The notes beneath the pieces were generated by a model that saw nothing but the letters and a program-made list of their open reading frames with translations, was not told the origin of the DNA and searched no databases. Shown piece after piece: positions 31,123-41,535 of a stretch of DNA of 64,000 nucleotides. Every line of letters starts with the position of its first letter. Position 1 is the stretch's first letter. Source of the DNA: Hydrotalea sp. (GTDB lineage Bacteria; Bacteroidota; Bacteroidia; Chitinophagales; Chitinophagaceae); NCBI RefSeq assembly GCF_027347335.1, contig NZ_DAIEQX010000066.1. The stretch is one strand, 5' to 3'. The translations under genes and the position numbers were made by a program.

Positions 31123-31349
31123 GATTGAATTGCTTTTGCTCAGTTAACAACCATCTGTCTGTTCTTGTTATGTTACAGTATATGGTGAACATTTAAAAAC
31201 AACTCAGCATGATAACAGAAGATGACAGTACAATTGATTCAAGTGGTTTTTCCGTAGTATAAATATCCATAAACATGACGAGCCTCATACTTTAATTTTT
31301 GGGTAGGAAATACTTTGCATGCACCTTAAACACCTACAAATTGCCCCAC

Positions 31350-32423
31350 ATGCAGCTACCCTATCAATTAACACAGCAAAAGCAGGTACATCGCTTATGG
31401 AAAAGCATACAGCTTATATTTTGGAGCATTGGTTGTGTTATATTTTTGGCATTGATTTTTTTTCCTAAAACGGGGGTTTTGCTTTTTTGGAATATCTTAA
31501 TACCGGTAGCCCCTGCCTTATTGGTTTTTGCAACCGGCTTTTGGCGCAACGTTTGTCCATTATCTACCACCGTATTATTGCCAAGATACTTGAATGTATC
31601 TAAAAGAAAGCGCATAAGTGTGCAGTGGCAAAGCCGTTTGCATTTTATTTCTATTCTCGCATTGTATATTATTGTTCCATTAAGGCATCCTGTTTTCAAT
31701 AATAATGGGCATGCAACTGCCCTATTATTAATGCTGCTGATTGCAGTGGGAATAACGATGGGATTTTTCTTTGACTGGAAAAGCGCCTGGTGCTCAACCC
31801 TTTGTCCCATACATCATGTAGAAAAATTATATGGCGGAAAACAACTGTTCTCATTGCCTAATGCACATTGCACGGAATGTGTTAATTGTTCTTTACCATG
31901 TCCGGACTCAACGCCTAATTTTCATCCCGGCAAAGCACATAAATCAATACTACAAAAAATAAACGCCTTACTGATAATTGGGGGATTTCCGGGCTTTATT
32001 TGGGGCTGGTTTCAGGTACCCGATGTGTATGATACCACCATTCCTATTCAACTCTTCAATGTGTATGCATTACCCTGGATGGGTGCTGCTGGTTCCATTA
32101 TTCTGTTTCTGTGTTTAATTTCTTTTCTCGATAAAAAATCTGCAGATGTACTTATTCAAATTTTTGCAGCTGCCGCTGTTTCAACTTATTATTGGTACCG
32201 CATACCTGAATTGTTTGGGTTTTCAAAAATTGGTAAAGACGGGCTTCTCATTTCATTAAAAAACACCTTACCGGAATGGGTAATCACCTTCCTGGTTATA
32301 CTGCTTATTTCGGTGTTTGTATGGTGGCTGGTGTTTAACAAAACAAGACATAAAAGCTGGCTGATACGTCCCGTTTTTGCAAAAAGAAAAGAACAGGCAT
32401 TTCATTCGCTTAATAAGCAATAA
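31350..32423 (+). CDS. Polytopic membrane protein with a ferredoxin-type 4Fe-4S motif
   Basis: ~8 predicted TM segments, CTECVNCSLPCP (CxxCxxCxxxCP) and additional Cys motifs (CPLST, CSTLCP). The ORF is open from 31299. Confidence 0.55.
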   Translation: MQLPYQLTQQKQVHRLWKSIQLIFWSIGCVIFLALIFFPKTGVLLFWNILIPVAPALLVFATGFWRNVCPLSTTVLLPRYLNVSKRKRISVQWQSRLHFISILALYIIVPLRHPVFNNNGHATALLLMLLIAVGITMGFFFDWKSAWCSTLCPIHHVEKLYGGKQLFSLPNAHCTECVNCSLPCPDSTPNFHPGKAHKSILQKINALLIIGGFPGFIWGWFQVPDVYDTTIPIQLFNVYALPWMGAAGSIILFLCLISFLDKKSADVLIQIFAAAAVSTYYWYRIPELFGFSKIGKDGLLISLKNTLPEWVITFLVILLISVFVWWLVFNKTRHKSWLIRPVFAKRKEQAFHSLNKQ

Positions 32424-32455
32424 AGCAACAAGCATTATTTAAAACAGCTGTAATA

Positions 32456-33769
32456 TTATATTTCCGGAGCCCAACCGGGTTCATAATTCCTGCTCCAGAG
32501 TGCCATTGCTTCCACATCATCAATAATATGGCCATTACTATTATCGCAATACAGGGTACGGCCTACCCTTTGCGCAATATTGGCGAGATGGCATAATAAT
32601 ACACTTTTACTCCCCTCCGTTACCGGAGAGGTAATTGTTGTTTTTCCCCGAACTGCCTCGATGAAATTACTGAAATGATAAAAGTCTAAATTACCATTGG
32701 AACTCACCGGATTGGAAGGATCAGCTACCACCTCACTTTTCACCGCTTTCACTAATTTATTGTCTTTATCATAAATGGCATAATCACCGCCGCCTTTGTT
32801 CACTAAAGTCCCTTTGTCACCATAAATAATAAATCCGCGGCCTGCACCTTCTACCGGATAAATATTACAACTCCTGCTTTCCCATGTAATGGCTTTTTGA
32901 TGACCAAATTCAAATCCGGCAACCTGCGTATCGGGTGTTTGCCAGTCGTCTTTAAAGGCATAACGTCCACCGGTTGATGAAACTTTGGTGGGATAATCCA
33001 CCCCTAAAAACCAACGGCAGCAATCTATTTCATGGGTACCATTATTACAGGCTTCTCCTGTTCCCCAATGCCAAAACCAATGCCAGTTATAATGAATTAA
33101 ATTATCCTGATAAGGCTTTCTTGAAGCAGGACCCTGCCACAAATCATAATCTAAAGTAGATGGTACCGGTACCACCTTGCCGTAGCCAATACTGCTTCGG
33201 TTATTGGCATACCAGCCTTTGGCAAAATAGGTATTACCAATAATGCCATTATGTACTAAGTTCACGGCCTCAATTAAACTGGGGAACGACCTGCGCTGAT
33301 TACCCATTTGAATCAGTTTGCCGTAACGTTGCATGGCAGTAACAATCATTTCGCCTTCATGCGGATTTTGACCACAAGGTTTTTCCACATACACATGTTT
33401 GCCGTTCTGAACGCCTAAAATGGCCGCCGGGGTATGCCAATGATCGGGAGCGGCAATCACCAAAGCATCAAAGTCTTTTTGTGTAACTAACTTACGTATA
33501 TCGTGTACAACAATGGGTCTCCGTTGGGCATTCTTCAAAGCATCTAATCCGTTTTTAATAGCGCCATCTTCTACATCGCATATATAAGCTACCTCTACAT
33601 TAGGTAACTGCGAAAAGCTTTTTGCCAGATAAGCGCCCCTGCTATTAACACCCATCACAGCAACCACCACTTTATTGCTCGGTGTTAATTTGCCGAAAAC
33701 AGGAAAGTTTAAAATGGTTACTCCTGCCGAAGCCAATGATACTTGTTCTATAAATTTTCTACGTTGCAT
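32456..33769 (-). CDS. Gfo/Idh/MocA-family oxidoreductase with a twin-arginine signal
   Basis: MQRRKFIEQVSLASAGVTILN Tat signal, Rossmann VAVMGVNSRG, and the EKP motif (VYVEKPCG). Confidence 0.85.
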   Translation of the reverse strand: MQRRKFIEQVSLASAGVTILNFPVFGKLTPSNKVVVAVMGVNSRGAYLAKSFSQLPNVEVAYICDVEDGAIKNGLDALKNAQRRPIVVHDIRKLVTQKDFDALVIAAPDHWHTPAAILGVQNGKHVYVEKPCGQNPHEGEMIVTAMQRYGKLIQMGNQRRSFPSLIEAVNLVHNGIIGNTYFAKGWYANNRSSIGYGKVVPVPSTLDYDLWQGPASRKPYQDNLIHYNWHWFWHWGTGEACNNGTHEIDCCRWFLGVDYPTKVSSTGGRYAFKDDWQTPDTQVAGFEFGHQKAITWESRSCNIYPVEGAGRGFIIYGDKGTLVNKGGGDYAIYDKDNKLVKAVKSEVVADPSNPVSSNGNLDFYHFSNFIEAVRGKTTITSPVTEGSKSVLLCHLANIAQRVGRTLYCDNSNGHIIDDVEAMALWSRNYEPGWAPEI

Positions 33770-33870
33770 GGTATTGTATTTTTTATGTACCCGGCTGCAG
33801 GTTGTTGATGATGCTGTTGTTGCGTCGCACACTTGTACCATTGTAACGCTATGCAACCGGGTAGATTCAA

Positions 33871-35226
33871 TTATTTCAATGTTCGCATTTTAATACTTCT
33901 AAAACTTACTTCGTTGCCATGATCCTGCAATAAAATATGCCCTTCTTTGGCCTCGCCAAAATTTTTCCGGATTTTAAATTTGCTAATGGCTACCAATGCC
34001 CTGAATGCAGGAGAGTTTCTGTCGTATTCCAATACTTTGATGCCATTCAAATAATGCTCCACATGATTATTCGGATATACCACAATCCTACCTGTATTCC
34101 AACTACCAATAGGGTGTACAAAACGGGGCTGCTTTTGTGCAGGTATTAAATCATACAACGATGACAATGTTCTATCGCCATCCCTTCCCAATTTAGCATC
34201 GGGGTGTAATGCATCATCTAACACTTGATATTCTAATCCGATAGCAGACCCCTCATTGTGTTCGGTAAGAGTTACAAAATATTTAACGCCACTGTTAGCG
34301 CCGGGTGTTAACTTAAATTCAAATGATAAATCAAAGGCGCTGTATTGGCCCAAAGTAACAACATCGCCACCATTGCCTCCCTCTTTCCCTTGTGATGACA
34401 ACACAGTGATCATACCGTCTTTTATCTGCCAGTCTGTTTTAGGAAAATGATCTTTATACGCCCCACGCCATCCATCACTGTTTATACCATTGAACAATAA
34501 AGTCCATCCCCATTGTTTTTCTGCAGTACATAAATAGTTAGGAATATTGTTCACAACGTACAGGGGTTTGTGAAAAACAGTCGGTTGAATATTCCCTGTT
34601 TGAATGCGAATATTTTTAAAATATACTTTCTCACCTGCCAATGTTGTATTTTTGCCAATGCTGTGCACTTGTAATGCAATAAATCCTTTAGCATCTAAAG
34701 TATCTACCACATACGCTGCAGGCACACCATTAATCCATGTTTTTATTTCATGGTCAATACATTCAATTTTAATGTGATTAAATCTGCCTGGCAAATATGC
34801 ATTTTGAGCTTCAGGATTCAAACTAAGCGGATATAACCAATCGCGGCGCGCTTCATCATATAAACCTCCCGTCCATTTTCTGGAAGAAGGATCTAATTCA
34901 TATTGATATCCATACACCCTTCCTTCAGCATTCACATGGCTGCGTAATTGTATGCCGGAATTAGAAGTACTATCGGGCAGTTTGGCATCTAATTCTAAAA
35001 CAAAGTTGCCATATTTAGTTTCGGTTCTTAAAAAACTATTGGGCGAGCCGGCTACTGTTTCACCCACAATCATTCCATCCTGAACAGTATACTTTGCAGT
35101 GCCTGCCACCTGTTGCCATCCTTTTAAATTTTTTCCATTAAACAATGACACCCATTGTTGGGCATGCAGTTGTGTAGTACACATAAATGATAATAATAAC
35201 AGTTTTTGGAAGCGTGTGCGTTTCAT
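33871..35226 (-). CDS. Secreted protein with two DUF1080 (3-keto-disaccharide hydrolase family) domains
   Basis: Signal peptide, then two copies of the LFNGKNLKGW ... LQDHG-type DUF1080 pattern (WVSLFNGKNLKGWQ and WTLLFNGINSDGWR). Confidence 0.8.
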   Translation of the reverse strand: MKRTRFQKLLLLSFMCTTQLHAQQWVSLFNGKNLKGWQQVAGTAKYTVQDGMIVGETVAGSPNSFLRTETKYGNFVLELDAKLPDSTSNSGIQLRSHVNAEGRVYGYQYELDPSSRKWTGGLYDEARRDWLYPLSLNPEAQNAYLPGRFNHIKIECIDHEIKTWINGVPAAYVVDTLDAKGFIALQVHSIGKNTTLAGEKVYFKNIRIQTGNIQPTVFHKPLYVVNNIPNYLCTAEKQWGWTLLFNGINSDGWRGAYKDHFPKTDWQIKDGMITVLSSQGKEGGNGGDVVTLGQYSAFDLSFEFKLTPGANSGVKYFVTLTEHNEGSAIGLEYQVLDDALHPDAKLGRDGDRTLSSLYDLIPAQKQPRFVHPIGSWNTGRIVVYPNNHVEHYLNGIKVLEYDRNSPAFRALVAISKFKIRKNFGEAKEGHILLQDHGNEVSFRSIKMRTLK

Positions 35227-35633
35227 ATAACCGCAATTAAGGTTTTGAAATGTACAATCTTCTTCTTATTTCTACAATTAAAAATTGCTTAGCAACAAAT
35301 AAGATTTAGTCAGATGTGAACGTATTGTCGGCACAATCAGCAAATAACCAGGTGAATGATAAGGCATATTTTCATTTAAAATCGGGTATTATTGGTAAAC
35401 AAATGAATCGTGTTTATATTCAATTTAACAATAATTCAACACCCGTTGTGAAAAGTTTGATAATTGTCAAAAAAATGACAGCTGCCCTTCCAAGAAAAAA
35501 AGAGCAAATACAATAAGCATTTGCATTTGAGCAAATTGCCTGAGATATAAGTAAAAACAATCAATAGTATTGTGATTGTGTACCTGCATAAAATCAAAAC
35601 AATCAGCTACCTTTAAACCATAAATCTAACGAT

Positions 35634-36557
35634 ATGCTTAAACGCAGAGACTTTTTAAAATCAACCGGCATGGCTGCCTTAAGCGGCTTAGCCATTTCTA
35701 AAACACTCGGTGCCGGTATCAATTGGGCTGCCATGCCACCGGCGGGCGTACAGTTATATACTTTTTTTAATGTAATTGATGCGGATGTTCCGGGCACCTT
35801 ACAAAAAATTGCAGCCATTGGCTATCAAAATATTGAATCGGCTTTTAGTAAAAAAGGCGGTTATTATGGTATGAAGCCAAAGGAATTTGCAGCCCTGGTA
35901 AAAAATAAAGGTTTATCATGGAAATCACACCATGTATTGGGAGCGCCATTTCAATTACCCCCGGGTAGAAAAATGCCTAATGGGGCCGATGGCAAACCCA
36001 TTACCATTCCACCCATGAAAAATTTACGCGACAATATGCAGGAACTGGTTGATGATGCTGCCGCAGGTGGAATACCTTATTTGGTTTGTGCCAGCATACC
36101 TTTGAATACGACGGAACAAATTAAATCAGCTATTGAGGTGTTGAATAAAACAGATGAAGCTTGCAAAAAAGCCGGAATTCATTTTGCCTATCACAATCAT
36201 TACACAGAATTTAAGGCAGTAGATGGTGTATTACCTTATGATGTTATTTTAAAAGAAACACCTATAGCATTAGAACTTGACTTAGCATGGGCAACCAAAG
36301 CCGGCGTGCATCCGGTTACGCTTTTTGAACAACATCCCGGCCGTTTTAAGCTATGGCATGTAAAAGATATTGATAAAGCTTTAGAAAAACCACAACCCGT
36401 TGGTACAGGTGTTGTTGATTTTAAAAATATTTTTGAGCATGCTAAAACATCGGGCATGCAATATTATTTTGTTGAACACGATAACCCTGCCGATCCTTTT
36501 GCAAGCATTACAACCAGTATGCAAAACCTAAAAAAAATATGGAATAGCATCGCTTAA
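35634..36557 (+). CDS. Sugar phosphate isomerase/epimerase family (xylose-isomerase-like TIM barrel) with a twin-arginine signal
   Basis: MLKRRDFLKSTGMAALSGLAI Tat signal. FAYHNH and ELDLAW motifs match the AP-endonuclease-2/XI-like barrel. Confidence 0.8.
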   Translation: MLKRRDFLKSTGMAALSGLAISKTLGAGINWAAMPPAGVQLYTFFNVIDADVPGTLQKIAAIGYQNIESAFSKKGGYYGMKPKEFAALVKNKGLSWKSHHVLGAPFQLPPGRKMPNGADGKPITIPPMKNLRDNMQELVDDAAAGGIPYLVCASIPLNTTEQIKSAIEVLNKTDEACKKAGIHFAYHNHYTEFKAVDGVLPYDVILKETPIALELDLAWATKAGVHPVTLFEQHPGRFKLWHVKDIDKALEKPQPVGTGVVDFKNIFEHAKTSGMQYYFVEHDNPADPFASITTSMQNLKKIWNSIA

Positions 36558-36628
36558 AGATTGAATAAAATATTGTTGCACATGAACCATACAATGATTG
36601 TATTGTTAGTTTCATCAAAAATTATTTT

Positions 36629-37390
36629 ATGAACCAACCTTCTATTGCATTGGTTACCGGCGGCAGCCGCGGATTAGGAAAAGATATGGCCCTGAATTTA
36701 GCACGCAAAGGACACAATGTTATTATTACCTACCATCAAAATAAAGAACTGGCTTTACAAACGGTACAAGAATTAGAAAAGTTACAGGTAAAATCATTGG
36801 CCTTAGAACTCAATCTCTCCGATACCAAAGCCATTCCCACTTTTGTAGCAACATTCAAAACTGCTTTGCAAACCCATTTTCAAACTACACATTTTGATTG
36901 TTTAATTAATAATGCAGGAATGGGTGCAACCGTACCTTTTGAGCAGGTTACAGAAGCATTATTTGATGAGTTTTTGAATGTACATTTTAAATCGGTCTAT
37001 TTTTTAACACAACAATGTGTTCCTTTCATGAATAATGGTGGTTGTATTATCAATATTTCCAGTGGCACTACCCGCTATTGCAATCCCGGTTATTCTGTTT
37101 ATTCTTCTATGAAAGGGGCTTTAGAAGTATTTACCCGTTATTTAGCCAAAGAACTGGGACACAAAGGTATTAGAGCTAATGTGGTTGCACCGGGTCCCGT
37201 TGAAACAGATTTTAACCATGCAGCCATTCGCAATAATCCGTTAATGAAAGAAAGATTATCCTCGCTATCACCATTAGGACGGGTAGGCGTTGCCGAAGAC
37301 ATAGGAAGTGTTGTTGCTTTTTTATGTAGTGAGGAAGCGCGGTGGATAAATGGACAACGCATTGAAGTAAGCGGAGGGATTAATATATAA
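36629..37390 (+). CDS. SDR-family oxidoreductase
   Basis: TGGSRGLGKDMA cofactor motif, NNAG, and the YSSMK catalytic motif. Confidence 0.9.
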   Translation: MNQPSIALVTGGSRGLGKDMALNLARKGHNVIITYHQNKELALQTVQELEKLQVKSLALELNLSDTKAIPTFVATFKTALQTHFQTTHFDCLINNAGMGATVPFEQVTEALFDEFLNVHFKSVYFLTQQCVPFMNNGGCIINISSGTTRYCNPGYSVYSSMKGALEVFTRYLAKELGHKGIRANVVAPGPVETDFNHAAIRNNPLMKERLSSLSPLGRVGVAEDIGSVVAFLCSEEARWINGQRIEVSGGINI

Positions 37391-37461
37391 CAGCAAGGTG
37401 GGCACTAACAATAAAATGAATACACTACCTTGCTTAAACAAAAACCTTCTCACTCAGGCAA

Positions 37462-37497
37462 ACAAAAGAGGCTGTACCAAAAGAACGATACAGCCCC
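37462..37497 (-). terminator. Rho-independent terminator after the 954-aa hydrolase gene
   Basis: Minus strand: GGCTGTA-loop-TACAGCC followed by TCTTTTGTTT. Confidence 0.5.
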
Positions 37498-37517
37498 TTT
37501 ATATCAATCTATGCATT

Positions 37518-40382
37518 TTATAACTTCAACAAACCATTTGCTAACAACCGGGTTTGCTGTATGGCGCCTTTTGTATAAGGATTGGGCAATAGGATTTCAT
37601 TGTCCATTAATTGCTTCATTGTTATTGTAATATTTATTTCGGGCTGAACCTGTTGCGTAATAGCCCACACTGATGCAGTTCCATTCCATTGTTTTACTTT
37701 TTCATTTGATGCTATTTGAAACTGAAGCGCTTGTTTACCTGTATTTTGAATAACAATGGAATAACTGCCCCAATGGCCTTCATGTTGCTGTTGCGTAGCT
37801 GTTAATATTTTTCCATTCAACATCAACTGAATATCGGGAAGTGGTTTGCCTAAATAATTACTATCGGGCTGTAACATTACTACCAAGCGGGTAGTAGTGG
37901 TATGGCTCTCGATGTTTATATCGCCACTGATTGTACTCGCATTGAACACAACATTTGCTGTAACAGGATCAGCGTTAGAGGTATTTTCCACTTTTATATC
38001 ATTGATGTTTTGAACTTTTCCATCCAAGTGCAAGGTTTCAACCATCCGGGGATTTAATAACTGTACTTTACCTGTGGTAGCCATTACCTGCAGTTGTTCT
38101 GTATGGCTATTTTGTTTACCCATTTGCATAACGGCGTTTGCCAATAAAGGTTTTTGTGCATGTTGTATAGGATAAACGCTATATACAGCTACTTCAAACC
38201 CCTGTAAAGCGGGTAATATAATAGTGGCACCGGCACCATATAAGTCAGGCGATACCCAATAGTTGGGATACACCCTTTCTAATACCAACGATGCAGCCGT
38301 ATCGACCAGACCCTGCTGAGTAGATAATTGTACAGTTAGTTGTTGTGTTTCAATGTTGGGGTTACGAACAGCAATAATACCCTGATTATTGTTAAAATGC
38401 ACAAAGCCATAAGCGTTACCATTGGCTGGATTCCCCCCAATCATGCAGGTTTTATCTAACAAATTAAAATGATGCTTTGCCCAGTTCAGAGATTGGCTTA
38501 ACACTTTCCATTCATCGGCATGTAGCAAGTCGGGTGAAAGGTATAACTCGTACATGGTAACACCACGGCTAAAATAGAAAACAACATCATCAGCAAACTT
38601 AGACAACGGATCATCATTGCCGCCAATAGAAGCCAAATTGCCTTTAATAATGCCATGCGTCATCATATTACTCAATGGGAACCAAACATCCTGCCGTTTA
38701 AAATCATCATACAAAACAATGTCTTTATACGTCATGGCAGCATCTCTATCATTAATAACAGGCGTATTGGCATAACCATAATCAGCTCCCTGCATCCAAA
38801 TTTGGTTGGCATATTGCAACCACCACGGACTTAACCAGGTACCGGAAGTAATATTGAGATATTCGTCCGGATTAACGGCACGCACCGCCTTACATTTTTC
38901 AATAATACTTTCTACTGCTGCCCTTCTTGAATGATAGCCAATAGCATGGCCATTACCTGCTTCGCTGGAAGAGAATTGTATACCATCCCACTTAAAATAG
39001 CCTACCCCTTGCCTGGAAAAATCTGTAACGCGTTGTTCAAACAATCGGCTGTAATTGGGGCCTGCAATATCTAACATAGCATCATTGGGTGTTGTACCCA
39101 CCGTTTCATACCCATGGGCTTTCATCCAGTTAATGCGTTTCATTCTGAATGAGTAACCTCCGGTAGGGCCTAACCAAATGCCTAACGTAGTACCCATTGG
39201 CTTTAGTGCATTTACTATGGGTTGCAATCCGTTGGGAAAAGTGTTTTTATTCAGCATCCAATTACTTTCATACACATCCCATCCATCATCTAATACAAAA
39301 GCGTTTAAATGAATGCCGTATTTATCAGTCATATTCTTTTTAAACAAATCAATGATGTGCAAAATGTTTTTTTCATTCATTACATGGTCGGGGGCTACTT
39401 TAGGATAAGCCGGAGAGCGTAAATCATACCAACTGTTATATAATGCATAGGGCTTGTCGGGTGATGCTTTAATATCGTTTACATAGTCATAAAACCAGTA
39501 TTGTATGGCATTATTGGGCGATAGCCCTTCCACCACCCAATTGCTTTCCACCCAGTCATGCTTCACTATTGTACCTATTAACTCTTTACACTTTAATTGT
39601 AAACCTAAATCACTGTTGCGCACTACGGAAGTGTTGGCGGCCGGATATTCAATTCCAAAGAAAACACCACCCCCTGAAAAGTGGATGGCACAAGGCTGAC
39701 CAAAATCTCCTTGTTTTATAATTCTGTTGGTTTCTGCCTGTGGATGTTGTTGTAAAGTGATATACTGCGCATTAGTACTGCCTTCCTCTCGCATACTATA
39801 CCCTTCGTTATTTTCATTTTCAGTAAAAATGCTTCCTTTTCTCGACTCAAAAGCTTCTATCCAATTTTTTTGTAGTGTAGTATCACGCAGTGCTATTTTT
39901 CTTTTTGCATAAAAAGCCTGGTTCGTTAATTGATAAGTAATGCGCAATTGCAGTATATTTTCTTTATTTGCCGGTGTAAAATATAAATGAAGTGCTTTAC
40001 CCTTATTGGGTGCATCTACAAATTCGTAACGTTGAAATACAAAATCTTTTTTAGTAAGTGTGATTTGCAAATCGCCATTAAAATCCTTACCGGGTGCACT
40101 CCAATCTGTCCACATCATTTGTATAGCAAAATCGGCATCTGTATATACATCATGCAATTTTGTGTTTTGATATGTTAATAACCAAATCCGTTTTGCCATT
40201 AATGCATCGCTTTGTAACAATGCATGATTAACCACAACCTGTTGCACCACTTTGCTGTTAGACAGTGTAAAAATTTGTTCCTGTTCTTTTTGTTGATAGT
40301 GGGTGATAACCTGTGCAAGGGCGGTAGTATAACACGAAAAAGCAAGTATGGCTATGGTTGCAATTTTTTTTCGTAAATACAT
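37518..40382 (-). CDS. Large secreted glycoside hydrolase, clan GH-D (GH36/GH27 alpha-galactosidase-like) catalytic core
   Basis: 954 aa with a signal peptide. FVLDDGWD and YFKWDGIQF motifs are typical of melibiase-type (beta/alpha)8 enzymes, with extra N- and C-terminal beta-rich domains. Confidence 0.55.
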   Translation of the reverse strand: MYLRKKIATIAILAFSCYTTALAQVITHYQQKEQEQIFTLSNSKVVQQVVVNHALLQSDALMAKRIWLLTYQNTKLHDVYTDADFAIQMMWTDWSAPGKDFNGDLQITLTKKDFVFQRYEFVDAPNKGKALHLYFTPANKENILQLRITYQLTNQAFYAKRKIALRDTTLQKNWIEAFESRKGSIFTENENNEGYSMREEGSTNAQYITLQQHPQAETNRIIKQGDFGQPCAIHFSGGGVFFGIEYPAANTSVVRNSDLGLQLKCKELIGTIVKHDWVESNWVVEGLSPNNAIQYWFYDYVNDIKASPDKPYALYNSWYDLRSPAYPKVAPDHVMNEKNILHIIDLFKKNMTDKYGIHLNAFVLDDGWDVYESNWMLNKNTFPNGLQPIVNALKPMGTTLGIWLGPTGGYSFRMKRINWMKAHGYETVGTTPNDAMLDIAGPNYSRLFEQRVTDFSRQGVGYFKWDGIQFSSSEAGNGHAIGYHSRRAAVESIIEKCKAVRAVNPDEYLNITSGTWLSPWWLQYANQIWMQGADYGYANTPVINDRDAAMTYKDIVLYDDFKRQDVWFPLSNMMTHGIIKGNLASIGGNDDPLSKFADDVVFYFSRGVTMYELYLSPDLLHADEWKVLSQSLNWAKHHFNLLDKTCMIGGNPANGNAYGFVHFNNNQGIIAVRNPNIETQQLTVQLSTQQGLVDTAASLVLERVYPNYWVSPDLYGAGATIILPALQGFEVAVYSVYPIQHAQKPLLANAVMQMGKQNSHTEQLQVMATTGKVQLLNPRMVETLHLDGKVQNINDIKVENTSNADPVTANVVFNASTISGDINIESHTTTTRLVVMLQPDSNYLGKPLPDIQLMLNGKILTATQQQHEGHWGSYSIVIQNTGKQALQFQIASNEKVKQWNGTASVWAITQQVQPEINITITMKQLMDNEILLPNPYTKGAIQQTRLLANGLLKL

Positions 40383-40533
40383 GTGGTAAATGTTTTGAAA
40401 ATAATAATTGAAAAGGTATTTTCAAATATAACACTTAATTTAGTGCCACATGATACACAAACGTTTGTGTTCAGGAACAAAAAATGAACCTGTTTTGAAT
40501 GAAACGTGGGTGAAAACCTTTAAAAAAAGCAGC

Positions 40534-40926
40534 CTATTTTGCAAGATGCTGAATAACTTTTTGCAATTTTTTTCGAACTGTTCCGGCAATTTTTTCTAAT
40601 TCAACATTTTGAATAGCTTGCATTGAAGCTGCAGGGTCAACCGCTGAAACTTCCACTTTACCGGGCGCTTTTTCCTGTATAATTACATTGCAGGGCAACA
40701 TGGTGCCAATTTTATCTTCCGCCTGCAATGCCTGATATGCAAAGGGAGGGTTACAGGCACCCAATATGGTGTATGGTGCAATATCCACATCTAATTTTTT
40801 CTTTAATGTGGCTTTCATATCAATCTCGGTTAAAATGCCAAATCCCTCTGTTTTTAATGCATCTGTAACTTTTTGAATGGCATTGGAAAAACTGTCGTTC
40901 ACGATGGTTGAAAAGTAATAAGACAT
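40534..40926 (-). CDS. DUF302 domain protein
   Basis: GFGILTEIDMKATLKKKLDVDIAPYTILGACNPPFAYQAL. The probable start is the internal ATG at 40926. Confidence 0.75.
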   Translation of the reverse strand: MSYYFSTIVNDSFSNAIQKVTDALKTEGFGILTEIDMKATLKKKLDVDIAPYTILGACNPPFAYQALQAEDKIGTMLPCNVIIQEKAPGKVEVSAVDPAASMQAIQNVELEKIAGTVRKKLQKVIQHLAK

Positions 40927-41001
40927 ACAATAAAGCTTTAAGTTAAATGAATACTTAAAATTATTGTAACCTTCCGATGAATACTGTGACAAAAGTCATA
41001 T

Positions 41002-41511
41002 TCATGGATGCGTGGCGGATTGAATCGCTTGTAAAAATTGTTCAAAATGCTCCGGCTCATCATCATACAACAACAACTGCCTTTTAGCATTGTAGAGAAA
41101 CATGGAAGGATATTTACGTGGTGTAAACTGCTGAATAAACTGATTTTTTACATCACGCAACAGGGTAATATTCTGTTTGCCCGCCAAATTAGGTGCAAAA
41201 CGGGTAATAAAATTAGCCATCCCGGCTTCAGAATCTAACGAAACCAAATACATGGCAACATTTTTCATGGCAGCATAATTGGCGTTGATTTCCTGAAAAG
41301 CATGCTGACAATGATCACAGGTGATATCAAAAAATATAAAAAACAACAGTTTATTTTTAGCAAGTTGCTCCCGCACAAAGGGATGTCCGTTGAATTGGTA
41401 TAATTGAAATTCCGGAACTGATTTTGCAGGAGCCGGTAATTGTGCATTCAGTGCATCATTGAATAGTAAAAACGCCATTGCGCAAATCAATATTTTTGTA
41501 AATTGTTTCAT
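41002..41511 (-). CDS. Secreted thioredoxin-fold (TlpA/redoxin-like) protein
   Basis: Signal peptide and a CDHC active-site motif in a thioredoxin-fold context. Confidence 0.65.
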   Translation of the reverse strand: MKQFTKILICAMAFLLFNDALNAQLPAPAKSVPEFQLYQFNGHPFVREQLAKNKLLFFIFFDITCDHCQHAFQEINANYAAMKNVAMYLVSLDSEAGMANFITRFAPNLAGKQNITLLRDVKNQFIQQFTPRKYPSMFLYNAKRQLLLYDDEPEHFEQFLQAIQSATHP

Positions 41512-41535
41512 ATCATATTAAGAATTAGATGTATT

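Noticed and set aside
35316-35516. 66-aa ORF in the intergenic region between the DUF1080 gene and the sugar isomerase gene.
   Set aside because: It is short, low-complexity and Asn/Lys-rich, with no recognisable family. It probably lies in a promoter region.
37430-37630. 66-aa plus-strand ORF after the SDR gene.
   Set aside because: It overlaps the terminator hairpin and the 3' end of the 954-aa hydrolase gene on the opposite strand.
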